A DNA stretch of 63,933 bases, the filler included, from Aduncisulcus paluster (Eukaryota): assembly GCA_024181965.1 (NCBI GenBank). It is 37 parts of 37 records of this genome, joined end to end, with 100 filler letters (N's around TTAATTAATTAA, not from the genome) between each part and the next. Parts side by side here need not be neighbours in the genome. Positions count along the whole stretch, not along the records: positions 44,615 to 47,730 come from BQXS01003292.1; positions 47,831 to 49,157 come from BQXS01003298.1; positions 49,258 to 51,062 come from BQXS01003314.1; positions 51,163 to 52,264 come from BQXS01003354.1; positions 52,365 to 55,644 come from BQXS01003355.1; positions 55,745 to 57,628 come from BQXS01003360.1; 31 more parts are not named here. One strand, written 5' to 3'. Position numbers and translations under genes: made by a program. The notes under the pieces were generated by a model. It saw nothing but the letters and a program-made list of their open reading frames with translations. It searched no databases and was not told where the DNA came from. Shown here in pieces: positions 47,277 to 57,728 of the stretch; the stretch's first letter is position 1; every line of letters starts with the position of its first letter.

Positions 47277-47639
47277 ATGAACAACAATATTGAGTTAAAA
47301 GGTTTGAAAGGTTGGAACTGCTTCAGTACCTACCTGTCAGTTCTGTATCACTTGCCAAACACAAAGACGATTAGAGATAAAAAATTCGATACGCGAGCGC
47401 AGTGTGTAGAATTTTTCAAAACTCAAGAGCCAGAAGTGCGAAAAATGATCCTCATTGAGTTGATCTCGCTTGGTTGTGTTGATGGCGCAAACATAGAAGC
47501 TCTGCTAAGTGTTCATACTAACAAGCACGGCATGTCTTTAGATCGATCAACGATTGGCAATTACGATGTAGTGGCGATTTCAGAAATGTGCCTTGCGTCT
47601 CTCATGGCGTGCTCTGAGGTGACAGGCGGTTTTTTTTAA
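47277..47639 (+). CDS. Putative tail assembly chaperone with a -1 slippery site at its stop
   Basis: AAGGT SD; ends GGT TTT TTT TAA; the -1 frame stays open to the scaffold end. Confidence 0.55.
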   Translation: MNNNIELKGLKGWNCFSTYLSVLYHLPNTKTIRDKKFDTRAQCVEFFKTQEPEVRKMILIELISLGCVDGANIEALLSVHTNKHGMSLDRSTIGNYDVVAISEMCLASLMACSEVTGGFF

Positions 47640-47830
47640 CCGAGGGTGAACTTGATGAATTGGCTAACTATTCGATCGATGGTGGTAGCTTTGCTAGTCA
47701 AATTCTAAGACAGTCACCCGAAATTGGAGTNNNNNNNNNNNNNNNNNNNNNNNNNNNNNNNNNNNNNNNNNNNNTTAATTAATTAANNNNNNNNNNNNNN
47801 NNNNNNNNNNNNNNNNNNNNNNNNNNNNNN

Positions 47831-49111
47831 GGTCTGCTCAATCCCAGGCGGCGCGGCCAAGCAATGAACGCGCGGTCGAACCGTTCTTTGGGGAACACCA
47901 AGCCGGGATCGCCACCGCCCCGCAAGCGCACGCCATGTTCCTGGCAGTGGATCTGCTGCCCGGCAACAACTCAGACACACGGACAGTGCGCGAGAATCTG
48001 AAGTCGATTCTGCGGCTGTGGACCACCGACGCCGCCAGGTTGACCCAGGGCGTGCCCGCGTTGGCCGATACCGAACCGGAATTGGCAACGTCCACAGCAC
48101 GATTGACGGTCACGGCGGGCCTGGGCCCGTCAGCGTTCGCCAAGGCCGGTCTGACGCACAGATGCCCCGCCTCGGCGCGAGACTTTCCGGCGTTCGCCAC
48201 TGATCGGCTCGACAAGCGCTGGTGCGGAGGGGATCTGCTGCTGCAGATATGTGCCGATGACATGCTGCTGGTGGCACACACGGCCCGGGTGCTGCTCAAG
48301 AATGTGCGCTCGCTGGCCACCGANNNNNNNNNNNNNNNNNNNNNNNNNNNNNNNNNNNNNNNNNNNNNNNNNNNNNNNNNNNCACCGAACGCTGGCGCCA
48401 AACCGGATTCCGCACGCCGCGTGCCGAAGATCCCTCCGGCGGCACGATGCGAAATCTCATGGGGCAGGTCGACGGCACCGTGAACCCCGGCGCCGCAGAA
48501 CTGGACAGCCTGCTGTGGCATCACGGTGAGGATCATCAGTGGCTCAGGGGCGGAACGCTTCTGGTCCNNNNNNNNNNNNNNNNNNNNNNNNNNNNNNNNN
48601 NNNNNNNNNNNNNNNNNNNNNNNNNNNNNNNNNNNNNNNNNNNNNNNNNNNNNNNNNNNNNNNNNNNNNNNNNNNNNNNNNNNNNNNNNNNNNNNNNNNN
48701 NNNNNNCGCAAGCTCCGGGATTTGATCATGGGCAGACGGTCAGACAATGGCGCACCCCTGACGGGCGACAAGGAATCCGACGAGCCCGATTTGACGATGA
48801 CGCGCGGTGGCATCCCCGTCATCCCCGCCACCTCGCATATCGCTCTTGCCCGCCACCGCAATCCGCACGAGAAGTTCCTGCGTCGCCCGTACAACTTCGA
48901 CGATGCGCCCTTACCGGGCACTTCATCGAACTCGGGCCTGATTTTCGCGGCATACCAACGGGATATCGCCACGCAGTTCGTTCCCGTGCAACAGCGCTTA
49001 TCCGAAAAAGACGAGTTCAATCAGTGGAACACCGCCGTCGGATCGGCAGTTTTTGTGATGCCGCCAGGCACGGCAGAGGACGGCTATCTCGGCCGGTCAT
49101 TGTTGGACTAG
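47831..49111 (+). CDS. Dyp-type peroxidase (EfeB-like), 5' partial and gapped
   Basis: HQAGIAT, GGDLLLQICADD, RNLMGQVDGTVN, SHIALA and LRRPYNF. Confidence 0.92.
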
Positions 49112-49321
49112 ACGACCGCCAGCTAGAGATCGGTCTGGAGCTACATCACTGCGCTCCNNNNNNNNNNNNNNNNNNNNNNNNNNNNNNNNNNNNNNNNNNN
49201 NTTAATTAATTAANNNNNNNNNNNNNNNNNNNNNNNNNNNNNNNNNNNNNNNNNNNNGTATCTTTCTCTATAGTATTTGATTTATTATAGTAGAAAAGAA
49301 ATTTAAATATAATAATAGAAT

Positions 49322-49355
49322 AAAAAAAGGGGTGAATCTTTAGATTCACCCCTTT
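49322..49355 (-). terminator. Intrinsic terminator
   Basis: AAAGGGGTGAATCT/AGATTCACCCCTTT stem with a T run on the minus strand. Confidence 0.85.
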
Positions 49356-49379
49356 CTTGTTAGATTAAAAATACTAAGA

Positions 49380-49565
49380 TTATTTTTTCTTAGAATTTTT
49401 TTTCGCTTTCTTTTTTGCAGCTTTTTTTGCTTTCTTTTTCTTTAAAGCTTTTTTTGCTTCTTTTTTCTTCAATGCTTTTTTTGCTTCTTTCTTTTTTAAA
49501 GCTTTTTTCGCTTCTTTTTTCTTAAGAACTTTTTTAAGTTCTTTTTTCTTTAATTCTTTTGCCAT
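49380..49565 (-). CDS. Lys/Ala-rich histone H1-like small protein
   Basis: AAGGA SD; KKKEAKKAL repeated three times with synonymous codon variation; followed by a terminator. Confidence 0.75.
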   Translation of the reverse strand: MAKELKKKELKKVLKKKEAKKALKKKEAKKALKKKEAKKALKKKKAKKAAKKKAKKNSKKK

Positions 49566-49719
49566 TTCTGATCCTTTTTTTATGATTTTATCACTAATAG
49601 TAATAAATTATAGATATTGTACATATATATTCTTAAAAGTAACTAAGTTTATAATGAAAAGTAGTTTAATATGATATAATTCAAATTAAGATGAAATTTA
49701 GTAATTAAAAAGAGAGAAA

Positions 49720-49986
49720 ATGACATTTATAGAATTCAAAAAATTATTATTAGATGCAGAGATAAGTTTACCAAAATTTAGCAAACTTATAAAAGTAAGT
49801 GAAAAAAATCTTCAATCTTATAAAAAGAAAGAAGAAGTTCCAAATGCAATAGCGGTTATTGCTAAATGTTTTGCACAGATGAATACAACAGGTGTAGATT
49901 ATAGGTCATTAATAGATACACTTAACCTTCAAGCAAAAACAAAAGAGGGTGCGGGTTTTTCTTCAAAACCGAAAAAAAATAAGTAG
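49720..49986 (+). CDS. Small XRE/HTH-like protein
   Basis: ISLPKFSKLIKVSEKNLQSYKKKEEVP. Confidence 0.65.
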   Translation: MTFIEFKKLLLDAEISLPKFSKLIKVSEKNLQSYKKKEEVPNAIAVIAKCFAQMNTTGVDYRSLIDTLNLQAKTKEGAGFSSKPKKNK

Positions 49987-50254
49987 TTTAAAGCCCCTTG
50001 CATAAGAGTGTGAGNNNNNNNNNNNNNNNNNNNNNNNNNNNNNNNNNNNNNNNNNNNNNNNNNNNNNNNNNNNNNNNNNNNNNNNNNNNNNNNNNNNNNN
50101 NNNNNNNNNNNNNNNNNNNNNNNNNNNNNNNNNNNNNNNNNNNNNNNNNNNNNNNNNNNNNNNNNNNNNNNNNNNNNNNNNNNNNNNNNNNNNNNNNNNN
50201 NNNNNNNNNNNNNNNNNNNNNNNNNNNAATTTCAAAAAAAGGCAATCTAACTAT

Positions 50255-51062
50255 ATGGAAGAAACACAGCAAGCAGAAATAAATACTTCTGATACTCCAA
50301 ACCCTCAAAAGAAAAACACTAAAAAGACATCAAATCAAAATTCAAATAACAAAAAATCAAGAACACATGTCCCTGTAAAAGGACTTACCATTGATCAGTT
50401 AAGAGGAAAAANNNNNNNNNNNNNNNNNNNNNNNNNTGTAGCTGGTGGCTATATTCTTTTTACAGGAATTTTAGATATCAAAGAAGCAGGTTTTGGATTT
50501 TTAAGACCATTTGATGGAAAATTTAGTGATTCTTACAGTGATAGTTATGTAAGTGCTACTCAAATTAAACGATTTGCACTAAGAAGTGGAGATATTGTTT
50601 CAGGGCAAGTAAGACCTCCATCTAAAGAGAGTGAAAAATATTATGCTCTTTTAAAAATCGAAGCTATCAATTATTTGCCAGTAAATGAATCAAAAAATAG
50701 ACCACTTTTTGATAACCTTACACCATTATACTCAACAGAAAAGTTTCAATTTGAATATGATCCAAATAGATTAACAGGTCGTATCATAGATATGTTTGCC
50801 CCTATGGGTAAAGGTCAAAGAGGACTAATTGTAGCTCAACCAAAGTCTGGTAAAACAGAACTATTAAAAGAGATAGCCCATGGAATAAGTAAAAATAATC
50901 CAGAATCAACACTAATGGTTCTTTTAATTGATGAACGACCTGAAGAGGTTACAGATATGCAAAGAAGTGTAAATGGTGAAGTGTATAGTTCAACATTTGA
51001 TTTACCAGCAGCAAATCATATTAAAGTTGCTGAGATGGTTATAAATAAAGCAAAAAGAGAAG
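50255..51062 (+). CDS. rho: Transcription termination factor Rho, 3' partial
   Basis: [31 protein letters not shown] and [12 protein letters not shown]. Confidence 0.97.
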
Positions 51063-51162
51063 NNNNNNNNNNNNNNNNNNNNNNNNNNNNNNNNNNNNNN
51101 NNNNNNTTAATTAATTAANNNNNNNNNNNNNNNNNNNNNNNNNNNNNNNNNNNNNNNNNNNN

Positions 51163-52264
51163 TTATATTTCCAGTGAGCGCCGAAGGTCAATATCTTTTC
51201 CTTGTCGGCCTCTTTCTTTGGGATATAATCTGGCGTCATTCTTCCCCATTGCAATCTTTTCACAACTGGCGTTTTGGCGTCAGTTTCCTTCTTATGACCA
51301 TCACGTTGGCGTGTTTTCTCTATCACCTTGCAGAATTCATCAAGATCTTCCCCATCCTCTGGTGGAAGTCTCCCAACCTTTGATACATCATGTTGCATCC
51401 AATAATCATGGCTTCTTTTCAGACGTTTCCATCTTTTCTTCCATTCAGCTTTGGCATATGGCGTCAATTTTATGTTTTTAATCACTTCATCCGTGTCACG
51501 ACGTTCCCAAAATACTTCATAGACACGTTTCTCTTGTGGCTTCCCTTCTTTATCAAACACATCATCATAGGCTGTACCTCTACCCTCAGCATTACTGGTT
51601 GTTATCATACTATCAATTATCGCACAATATCTCAACATGGCACTCCGAAGTCTCTCATCATGATCGACTTTGGTGTCCAAACTTCTCACATTCAATTTCA
51701 CTCCCAAATTCGCAAGATCATGGCGTCCAATCAACAATGGCAAATCAACTGGCAATACATCAACCAAATAATATTTAATTAAGCAACAATGTGGCGTAAA
51801 TTTAGCTCTTTTGCCACAAGTCATTACAACAGTCTTCATTAAAATGGCTTCATGAGCAGTTTCACTTGCTCCACTTACAGTTTTGAAAATCAAAGGTGGC
51901 TTCACAGGTTTCACAGGATATGCTTCCTGTTGTTTCTCCAAAAATAAATCTTCTCTCCAAATTCTGGCTTTATCCCTTAACCATTCACGAGAAATCAACG
52001 AAATGTCAGCTCCAGTATCCATCACAGCACGAACAGTTTTCTTCAGCTGCCTTGTCACATGAACGGTCACGTTCACGGCACCGGAGTCATCGTGGTTTCT
52101 TCCCGCAATCACACATACCTTCAAGCCCTCAGAATCCGAAATCTCATCAGGTTCCACCGACCACGCCATCTTCATCGGGTCCAGTTTCTCCAGTTCTTTT
52201 GATTTCTTCATCTTTTCCATCTTATCAATCAAGGCTTGTTGGTTCTTCCTCAATAAACGCACAT
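51163..52264 (-). mobile_element. LTR retrotransposon gag-protease fragment
   Basis: Retropepsin motif AVMDTGADISLIS and LLIGRHDL; ORF open across the scaffold. Confidence 0.75.
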
Positions 52265-52364
52265 NNNNNNNNNNNNNNNNNNNNNNNNNNNNNNNNNNNN
52301 NNNNNNNNTTAATTAATTAANNNNNNNNNNNNNNNNNNNNNNNNNNNNNNNNNNNNNNNNNNNN

Positions 52365-52733
52365 TATGCTCTCTTTCGCATAAAGATTATCTGGAATTGG
52401 ATAGGGGAAAAAAGTACTTAACTCTTTTTCATCACAATCTTGACTAACAGGTGCTACAAGCATTAGTTTTTCTAACTCTTTTATCTCATATTTACTAACA
52501 AAATGAAACCATAAAATATTTGCCAATGAATGGCAAAGTACCATATCTGGTTGAAATCTATCAAACTCTTTTTTTAATATAGTTAACCACTCTTCTAAAT
52601 TTGGCGTATCTCTACTAGGTAAATCAGGAAAAGAAACTTCATAGTCAAGTTTTTCTAGCTCTTTTGCTACCCACCATTGCCAATGAGGTTCATCACTTCC
52701 ACCCCAACCATGTAATATCAATACTTTTTTCAT
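52365..52733 (-). CDS. RBBP9/YdeN-family alpha/beta hydrolase, 3' partial
   Basis: LILHGWGGS..HWQ, CHSLA and LVAP. Confidence 0.9.
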
Positions 52734-52735
52734 TT

Positions 52736-53127
52736 TTATAAACCCCTTATACATCTTACATATTTTGGATATGTTCTATTTTGGTAGTATATAGTACCAC
52801 TTTTAAAAAAAACATAGTATCCATATCTTCCAAAGTTTCTCAGCCATGTTCTGTTACTTGCCCAATAATCATCTTGNNNNNNNNNNNNNNNNNNNNTATG
52901 GTTTGATACTCTTCAGTAGTTGGAAGTCTCCAGTCTGAAAAACCACTCAAACTTAAGTTTGTACAATAATTGATAGCATCTTCTTGAGTGAGTAAAATTT
53001 TAATATTATCTTTAACATCTTGCCAAATAAGTTTATTTTGATCATCAATTATATAGTTACCACTTCGTGTAAGTTTTGAAGCAAAAAGTACTAAAGTTAA
53101 TAAGGTTAATAAAGTTAAAATTTTCAT
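52736..53127 (-). CDS. DUF1566 (Lcl C-terminal) domain protein
   Basis: LIWQD, AINYCTNL..G.SDWRLPT, YW and YVRCIR. Confidence 0.85.
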
Positions 53128-53138
53128 TCCAAATCCTT

Positions 53139-53408
53139 TTATAGTTTAATTGAATACTTCTTTCGTTCTAATTGGTCAACAACTTTCTTATCTAATACTT
53201 CAATATTTAATTTGTTATTTTCTAAAAACACAAGACCAACCAACTCTTTAGTAGTTTGTTTTTCATTGTTTGAATGTTGTTTCCAGTCTTCAAATTTTTC
53301 TTCAAACTCTTCTGTTATTTTATCTTCATGATGTTTTCTTTCGAGTACTAAAGCAATCGTAACAATCAACAACATAATAAAAGGAATAGTCATATCACCC
53401 ATTTGCAA
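53139..53408 (-). CDS. Small membrane-anchored hypothetical protein
   Basis: N-terminal TM helix; overlaps the dxr 3' end. Confidence 0.65.
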   Translation of the reverse strand: MQMGDMTIPFIMLLIVTIALVLERKHHEDKITEEFEEKFEDWKQHSNNEKQTTKELVGLVFLENNKLNIEVLDKKVVDQLERKKYSIKL

Positions 53409-54465
53409 AGACTCTTACTTTTTTATCTATTTCCATTATATCCTCAATTGTGTGAATTTTTACATCATGAAAATAATTAATTGCTTTTAGTGAGGTATCT
53501 GCAATATCTAAAAAGCCTATCTCTTTATTTAAAAACCTAGCAACAGCTACTTCATTTGCAGCATTTAAAACTACACCTAAGTTGTCATTTTGTAAGAGTT
53601 CATCTTTCGCTGACCAAATATTGTATCTATACGACTCTATTTTTCTGAACTCTAAATTTTGTAATTCAAACAGATCAACTTTTTTTAAAATTGGAGTTTC
53701 TACTTTGCCTAAAAGTGCATAAGAGATAGGTAGTTGCATATTTGCATGTGCTAAGTGTGCTGTGGTACTTCCATCAACATAGTTCACCATAGCATGTATA
53801 ATAGATTTAGTTTCTATTATAGCATCACAAGCAGTTGTATCAAAAAGCCATCTAGCTTCTATAAGCTCAAAAAGTTTATTTGTCATAGTTGCACTATCTA
53901 TAGTGATCTTATTTCCCATAGACCAGTTTGGGTGATTGAGTGCTTCTTCTCTTGTAACACTATGTAATTTTTCAATTGGGTAGTCTCGAAAACTTCCCCC
54001 TGAAGCTGTAATAGTTAAACTGTCCATTGTTTTTTCTTTGTCCATGAGATACCAAAGTCCAAAATGCTCACTATCTATTGGTGTGATGTATGAAGTATCT
54101 ATAAACTTACCAGCTACTACCAAAGACTCTTTATTTGCTAAAGCAACTCTTTTTTTACATTCAATTGCTTTGAGTGTAGGTTCTAATCCAAAAAAACCAA
54201 CTAGTGCATTTACTACTAAGTTTGAATCAGATTCTTCGATTGCATGAAGTATTGCTTCTTGACCTGCTTGTACATTAAAATGATTTACTTTATGTATATC
54301 ATCTTGTGATGCTATAATCACAAGTTTTGGTGAAAACTCTTCAAGTTGAGTATTTAAAAGGTCTATATTATTTCCAGCAACTAAAACTTCAATAGATAAA
54401 TCAAAGTTTTTTGCAATTGCTAAAACATTAACCCCAATTGAACCTGTACTTCCTAAAACTATCAA
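53395..54465 (-). CDS. dxr: 1-deoxy-D-xylulose 5-phosphate reductoisomerase
   Basis: LGSTGSIG, LANKESLV, PIDSEH and HPNWSMGNKITIDSA. Confidence 0.97.
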   Translation of the reverse strand: MIVLGSTGSIGVNVLAIAKNFDLSIEVLVAGNNIDLLNTQLEEFSPKLVIIASQDDIHKVNHFNVQAGQEAILHAIEESDSNLVVNALVGFFGLEPTLKAIECKKRVALANKESLVVAGKFIDTSYITPIDSEHFGLWYLMDKEKTMDSLTITASGGSFRDYPIEKLHSVTREEALNHPNWSMGNKITIDSATMTNKLFELIEARWLFDTTACDAIIETKSIIHAMVNYVDGSTTAHLAHANMQLPISYALLGKVETPILKKVDLFELQNLEFRKIESYRYNIWSAKDELLQNDNLGVVLNAANEVAVARFLNKEIGFLDIADTSLKAINYFHDVKIHTIEDIMEIDKKVRVFANG

Positions 54466-55210
54466 GCAAAAAACCTCAATAAAAATAGCATAACTATACC
54501 ACCAAATAGGTATCCATCTGTTCTATCTAAAATACCACCATGACCTGGTAAAATATCCCCACTATCTTTTACATCAGCTTCTCTTTTTAAATAACTTTCA
54601 AAAAGGTCACCAAATACAGATGCTATAGCAACAGCAAGAGAGATAAACAATCCTAATAAAAATCCTATCTCTTCAGGTGCAAATATCATCCCTAAAATTG
54701 CAGCTATGATAACTCCACCAAATACACCTTCTAAAGTTTTATTTGGACTTGTTGCACAAAATTTCAATGAACCCATACTTTTACCTACAAAATAAGCACC
54801 TACATCAGTACCAGCAACTACTACAAGTAACCAAAGCAATGCACCCATTCCATAAGAAAAATAAAGTGAGAGTAAAAATAAAAATGAAGCTATAGGATAC
54901 ATAAGTGGTAAAAATAAATTTTTATTAAACTCTTGNNNNNNNNNNNNNNNNNNNNACCCACTACAAAAATGAGGTCTTCGGGTTTTGGATAAAAATATGC
55001 AATGATCCAAATAGCTATAGCATAAATATAAATTTTGTCATCATCTATTTTAAAAAGGTTCATTGATTCTTTTAAAGCAATGATCATAAGACCACCAAAT
55101 AAAAGCCATGTGAGTGTTATGGAATCTATAAATCCGATGATAAGAAGTGCGATAACTAAAACTATTCCTGTTTTAATACGAGTTGAACTTTCAGAGATAA
55201 TATTTGACAT
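54462..55210 (-). CDS. cdsA: Phosphatidate cytidylyltransferase (gapped)
   Basis: SPNKTLEG and GDLFESYLKR...KDSG..LPGHGGILDR.D. Confidence 0.95.
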
Positions 55211-55405
55211 GTTTTACCTTTTATTAATTAATGTTCTTATTATACTTAATAGTTGGTAAATAGTTGTTGATTGCTAATATGATAAATACTATTTTGGAAT
55301 ATAACGGAGTAATATTAAAGTTTTATGATTTTCTATTGACTATAAAATGTAGTTTTCTTTTAATTGAAGTAAACTACATTTTAACGGAAATTTTTATTAT
55401 GCAAA

Positions 55406-55644
55406 TTAAAATCTCTTTAGACCTTTTAGTTTTAATATGTCTTTTTCAAAACTTAATATTTCTTCTTTATCTAAATAAGAATTTATTTTTGGAATTGTTT
55501 TGGAATAAAATTTGTTTATTGCTTTTGTTAATGCGACATCTGTTGTATCAATTAATTTGTCAGGGGCACTTCCTTTATCAATTGCAGTTCCTATTAGTCC
55601 TCCATTTCCATAACTAATTTGATTTTCATATACATATGGTTCTT
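55406..55644 (-). CDS. Hypothetical protein, C-terminal fragment
   Basis: Open frame EPYVYENQISYGNGGLIG...LKGLKRF*. Confidence 0.55.
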
Positions 55645-55744
55645 NNNNNNNNNNNNNNNNNNNNNNNNNNNNNNNNNNNNNNNNNNNNTTAATTAATTAA
55701 NNNNNNNNNNNNNNNNNNNNNNNNNNNNNNNNNNNNNNNNNNNN

Positions 55745-55851
55745 CCCACCAGGACGTGCTCGGCCCCGATGCGTGATTCGTCCATCTCGCGGGCCTCTTC
55801 CTGCGAGAGCACCACCGCGACCTTCGCCGACTTCTGGAACTTCTCGAACAT
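55745..55851 (-). CDS. Clp N-domain protein, N-terminal fragment
   Basis: MFEKFQKSAKVAVVLSQEEAREM...IGAEHVLVG. Confidence 0.8.
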
Positions 55852-55857
55852 GGCCAC

Positions 55858-56079
55858 TCACTTCCTCACGCGGTTGTATTTCTGGTGCACTGCCTGACGG
55901 CTCACTTCGAGTGCTTCGGCGATCGCCTGCCAGCTCCACCCCTGATTGCGGGCATTGGTCACGTGGATCGCTTCCAGCCGTTCACACAGACGCCGCAGGG
56001 CCTGCACCGCCCGCAGGCCCACGGCCGGATCGGTACTGCTGACGGCGTCGTCCAGATTGGCCGCCGCGAGGTCACTCAT
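55858..56079 (-). CDS. Small HTH DNA-binding protein
   Basis: ARNQGWSWQAIAEALEVSRQAVHQKY. Confidence 0.85.
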   Translation of the reverse strand: MSDLAAANLDDAVSSTDPAVGLRAVQALRRLCERLEAIHVTNARNQGWSWQAIAEALEVSRQAVHQKYNRVRK

Positions 56080-56082
56080 GTC

Positions 56083-56127
56083 TGTCAACATAGATTGACA
56101 ACCTCAAGGTGTCAAGAAAAGTTGACA
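56083..56127. promoter_or_regulatory. Two TGTCAA-N6-TTGACA palindromes (candidate operators)
   Basis: 56083-56100 and 56110-56127, immediately upstream of the HTH gene. Confidence 0.7.
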
Positions 56128-56213
56128 CGCCGCGGCACGCTTCGACACTCCCGCTTATGGCGAAAAGATGCGATACAGACCCGCCACCAGACGGCGCGTC
56201 GGTGGAGAGTGCG

Positions 56214-56447
56214 TTAGGAGTCTTTCGGCTTTTCGCCGCGCAACCGCGCCTGCAGATCGGCCCGGTCGGCCCGGCGCCGCTCGTCGACAACGGCAATGCT
56301 GGCGGTCACTCGACGGCGCAGCGGGGCGAACACCGCCATCCCCAACGGCAGCGCGATGATCAACGCGAACAGGATCGCGATGGCCAACGGAAAGTCCTCA
56401 TACCCGATGAGCCGGGCCAGCCAGAAAATAACGAGCGTCAAGACGAC
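56214..56447 (-). CDS. DUF4229-like membrane protein, 5' end in gap
   Basis: TM helix followed by PLRRRVTASIAVVDERRR. Confidence 0.7.
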   Translation of the reverse strand, partial: VVLTLVIFWLARLIGYEDFPLAIAILFALIIALPLGMAVFAPLRRRVTASIAVVDERRRADRADLQARLRGEKPKDS

Positions 56448-56666
56448 NNNNNNNNNNNNNNNNNNNNNNNNNNNNNNNNNNNNNNNNNNNNNNNNNNNNN
56501 NNNNNNNNNNNNNNNNNNNNNNNNNNNNNNNNNNNNNNNNNNNNNNNNNNNNNNNNNNNNNNNNNNNNNNNNNNNNNNNNNNNNNNNNNNNNNNNNNNNN
56601 NNNNNNCCTTGACCGCGCGTATATTCAGAGTTAGTTGTTCAGGAGGCTTTCAGAAGGATTTTCTTG

Positions 56667-56827
56667 TGTATTACGTGCTCATCGCGGTCGTACTCGGCGC
56701 GCTGGTCTACGCCGGGTGGCGAATCAGCCAGTCGGTTCCGACCCGTCCGCAGACTCGCGTGACCGGCCCCGACGACGATCCCGAATTTCTCTGGCGCATC
56801 AGCAGGGACGATCCGTCCGAACACTGA
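56667..56827 (+). CDS. Small membrane protein
   Basis: TM helix followed by GPDDDPEFLWRI. Confidence 0.7.
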
Positions 56828-56859
56828 CGTTGTGCGGCCCGGACGGCCGCACAACGCCT

Positions 56860-57628
56860 CTAGCCCTGGAACGTCTGCTGCTGGCGCTGCGTACCGGTGA
56901 ATCCCTGTGCCACGACAGCGGCCAGCTCGATGAGCGCGCGCCGCGTCGGCGGCCGAAGCCGGTCCAGGCTGATCTCGGCGCCCTCTTCCAGGTGCGGGTC
57001 GAACGGCACCAAACGCACCGCGCGGCACCGCCGCGAGAAGTGGTCGACGACCTTCTGCATGTCGACCTTGCCCGAACGCGGACGCACCGCGTTGATCACC
57101 GCGACCGAGCGGCGCACCAGCTCTCGATGCCCATGGGNNNNNNNNNNNNNNNNNNNNNNNNNNNNNNNNNNNNNNNNNNNNNNNNNNNNNNNNNNNNNNN
57201 NNNNNNNNNNNNNNNNNNNNNNNNNNNNNNNNNNNNNNNNNNNNNNNNNNNNNNNNNNNNNNNNNNNNNNNNNGCATCGAGCCAGTCCAGGGTCGCCGAC
57301 GCACTGCGGGCACCGTCCACCGAGCCGGAGCTGATGACCACCAGCGTGTCCGCCTGCTCCAGCACCGACGACATGGCCGAGTGCATGAGCCCGGTGCCAC
57401 AGTCGGTGAGCACCACGCTGTAGAAGCGCTCAAGAATCTCCAGGGTGCGCGAGTAATCCTCGGCGCTGAACGCCTCGGACACCGCCGGATCACTTTCCGA
57501 CGCGAGCACCTCCAGGCGGCTCGGCCCCTGCGACGTGTAGCTGCGAACATCGCTGTAGCGCTGGATCGAGTTGGCGTCCCGCAACAGGTGACGCACGGTC
57601 GCCGGGGTTTCCAGCGGCACCTTCTGGC
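56860..57628 (-). CDS. MinD/ParA-family ATPase, C-terminal part
   Basis: LTDCGTG and VPFDPHLEEG. Confidence 0.85.
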
Positions 57629-57728
57629 NNNNNNNNNNNNNNNNNNNNNNNNNNNNNNNNNNNNNNNNNNNNTTAATTAATTAANNNNNNNNNNNNNNNN
57701 NNNNNNNNNNNNNNNNNNNNNNNNNNNN

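Noticed and set aside
43246-47730. MarR/isocitrate lyase genes as cargo of the adjacent integrase element
   Set aside because: They are separated by an artificial spacer and differ in GC content, so the adjacency is meaningless.
55264-55617. 117-aa plus-strand ORF
   Set aside because: It is Leu/Phe-rich antisense to a more plausible minus-strand frame and has no good SD.
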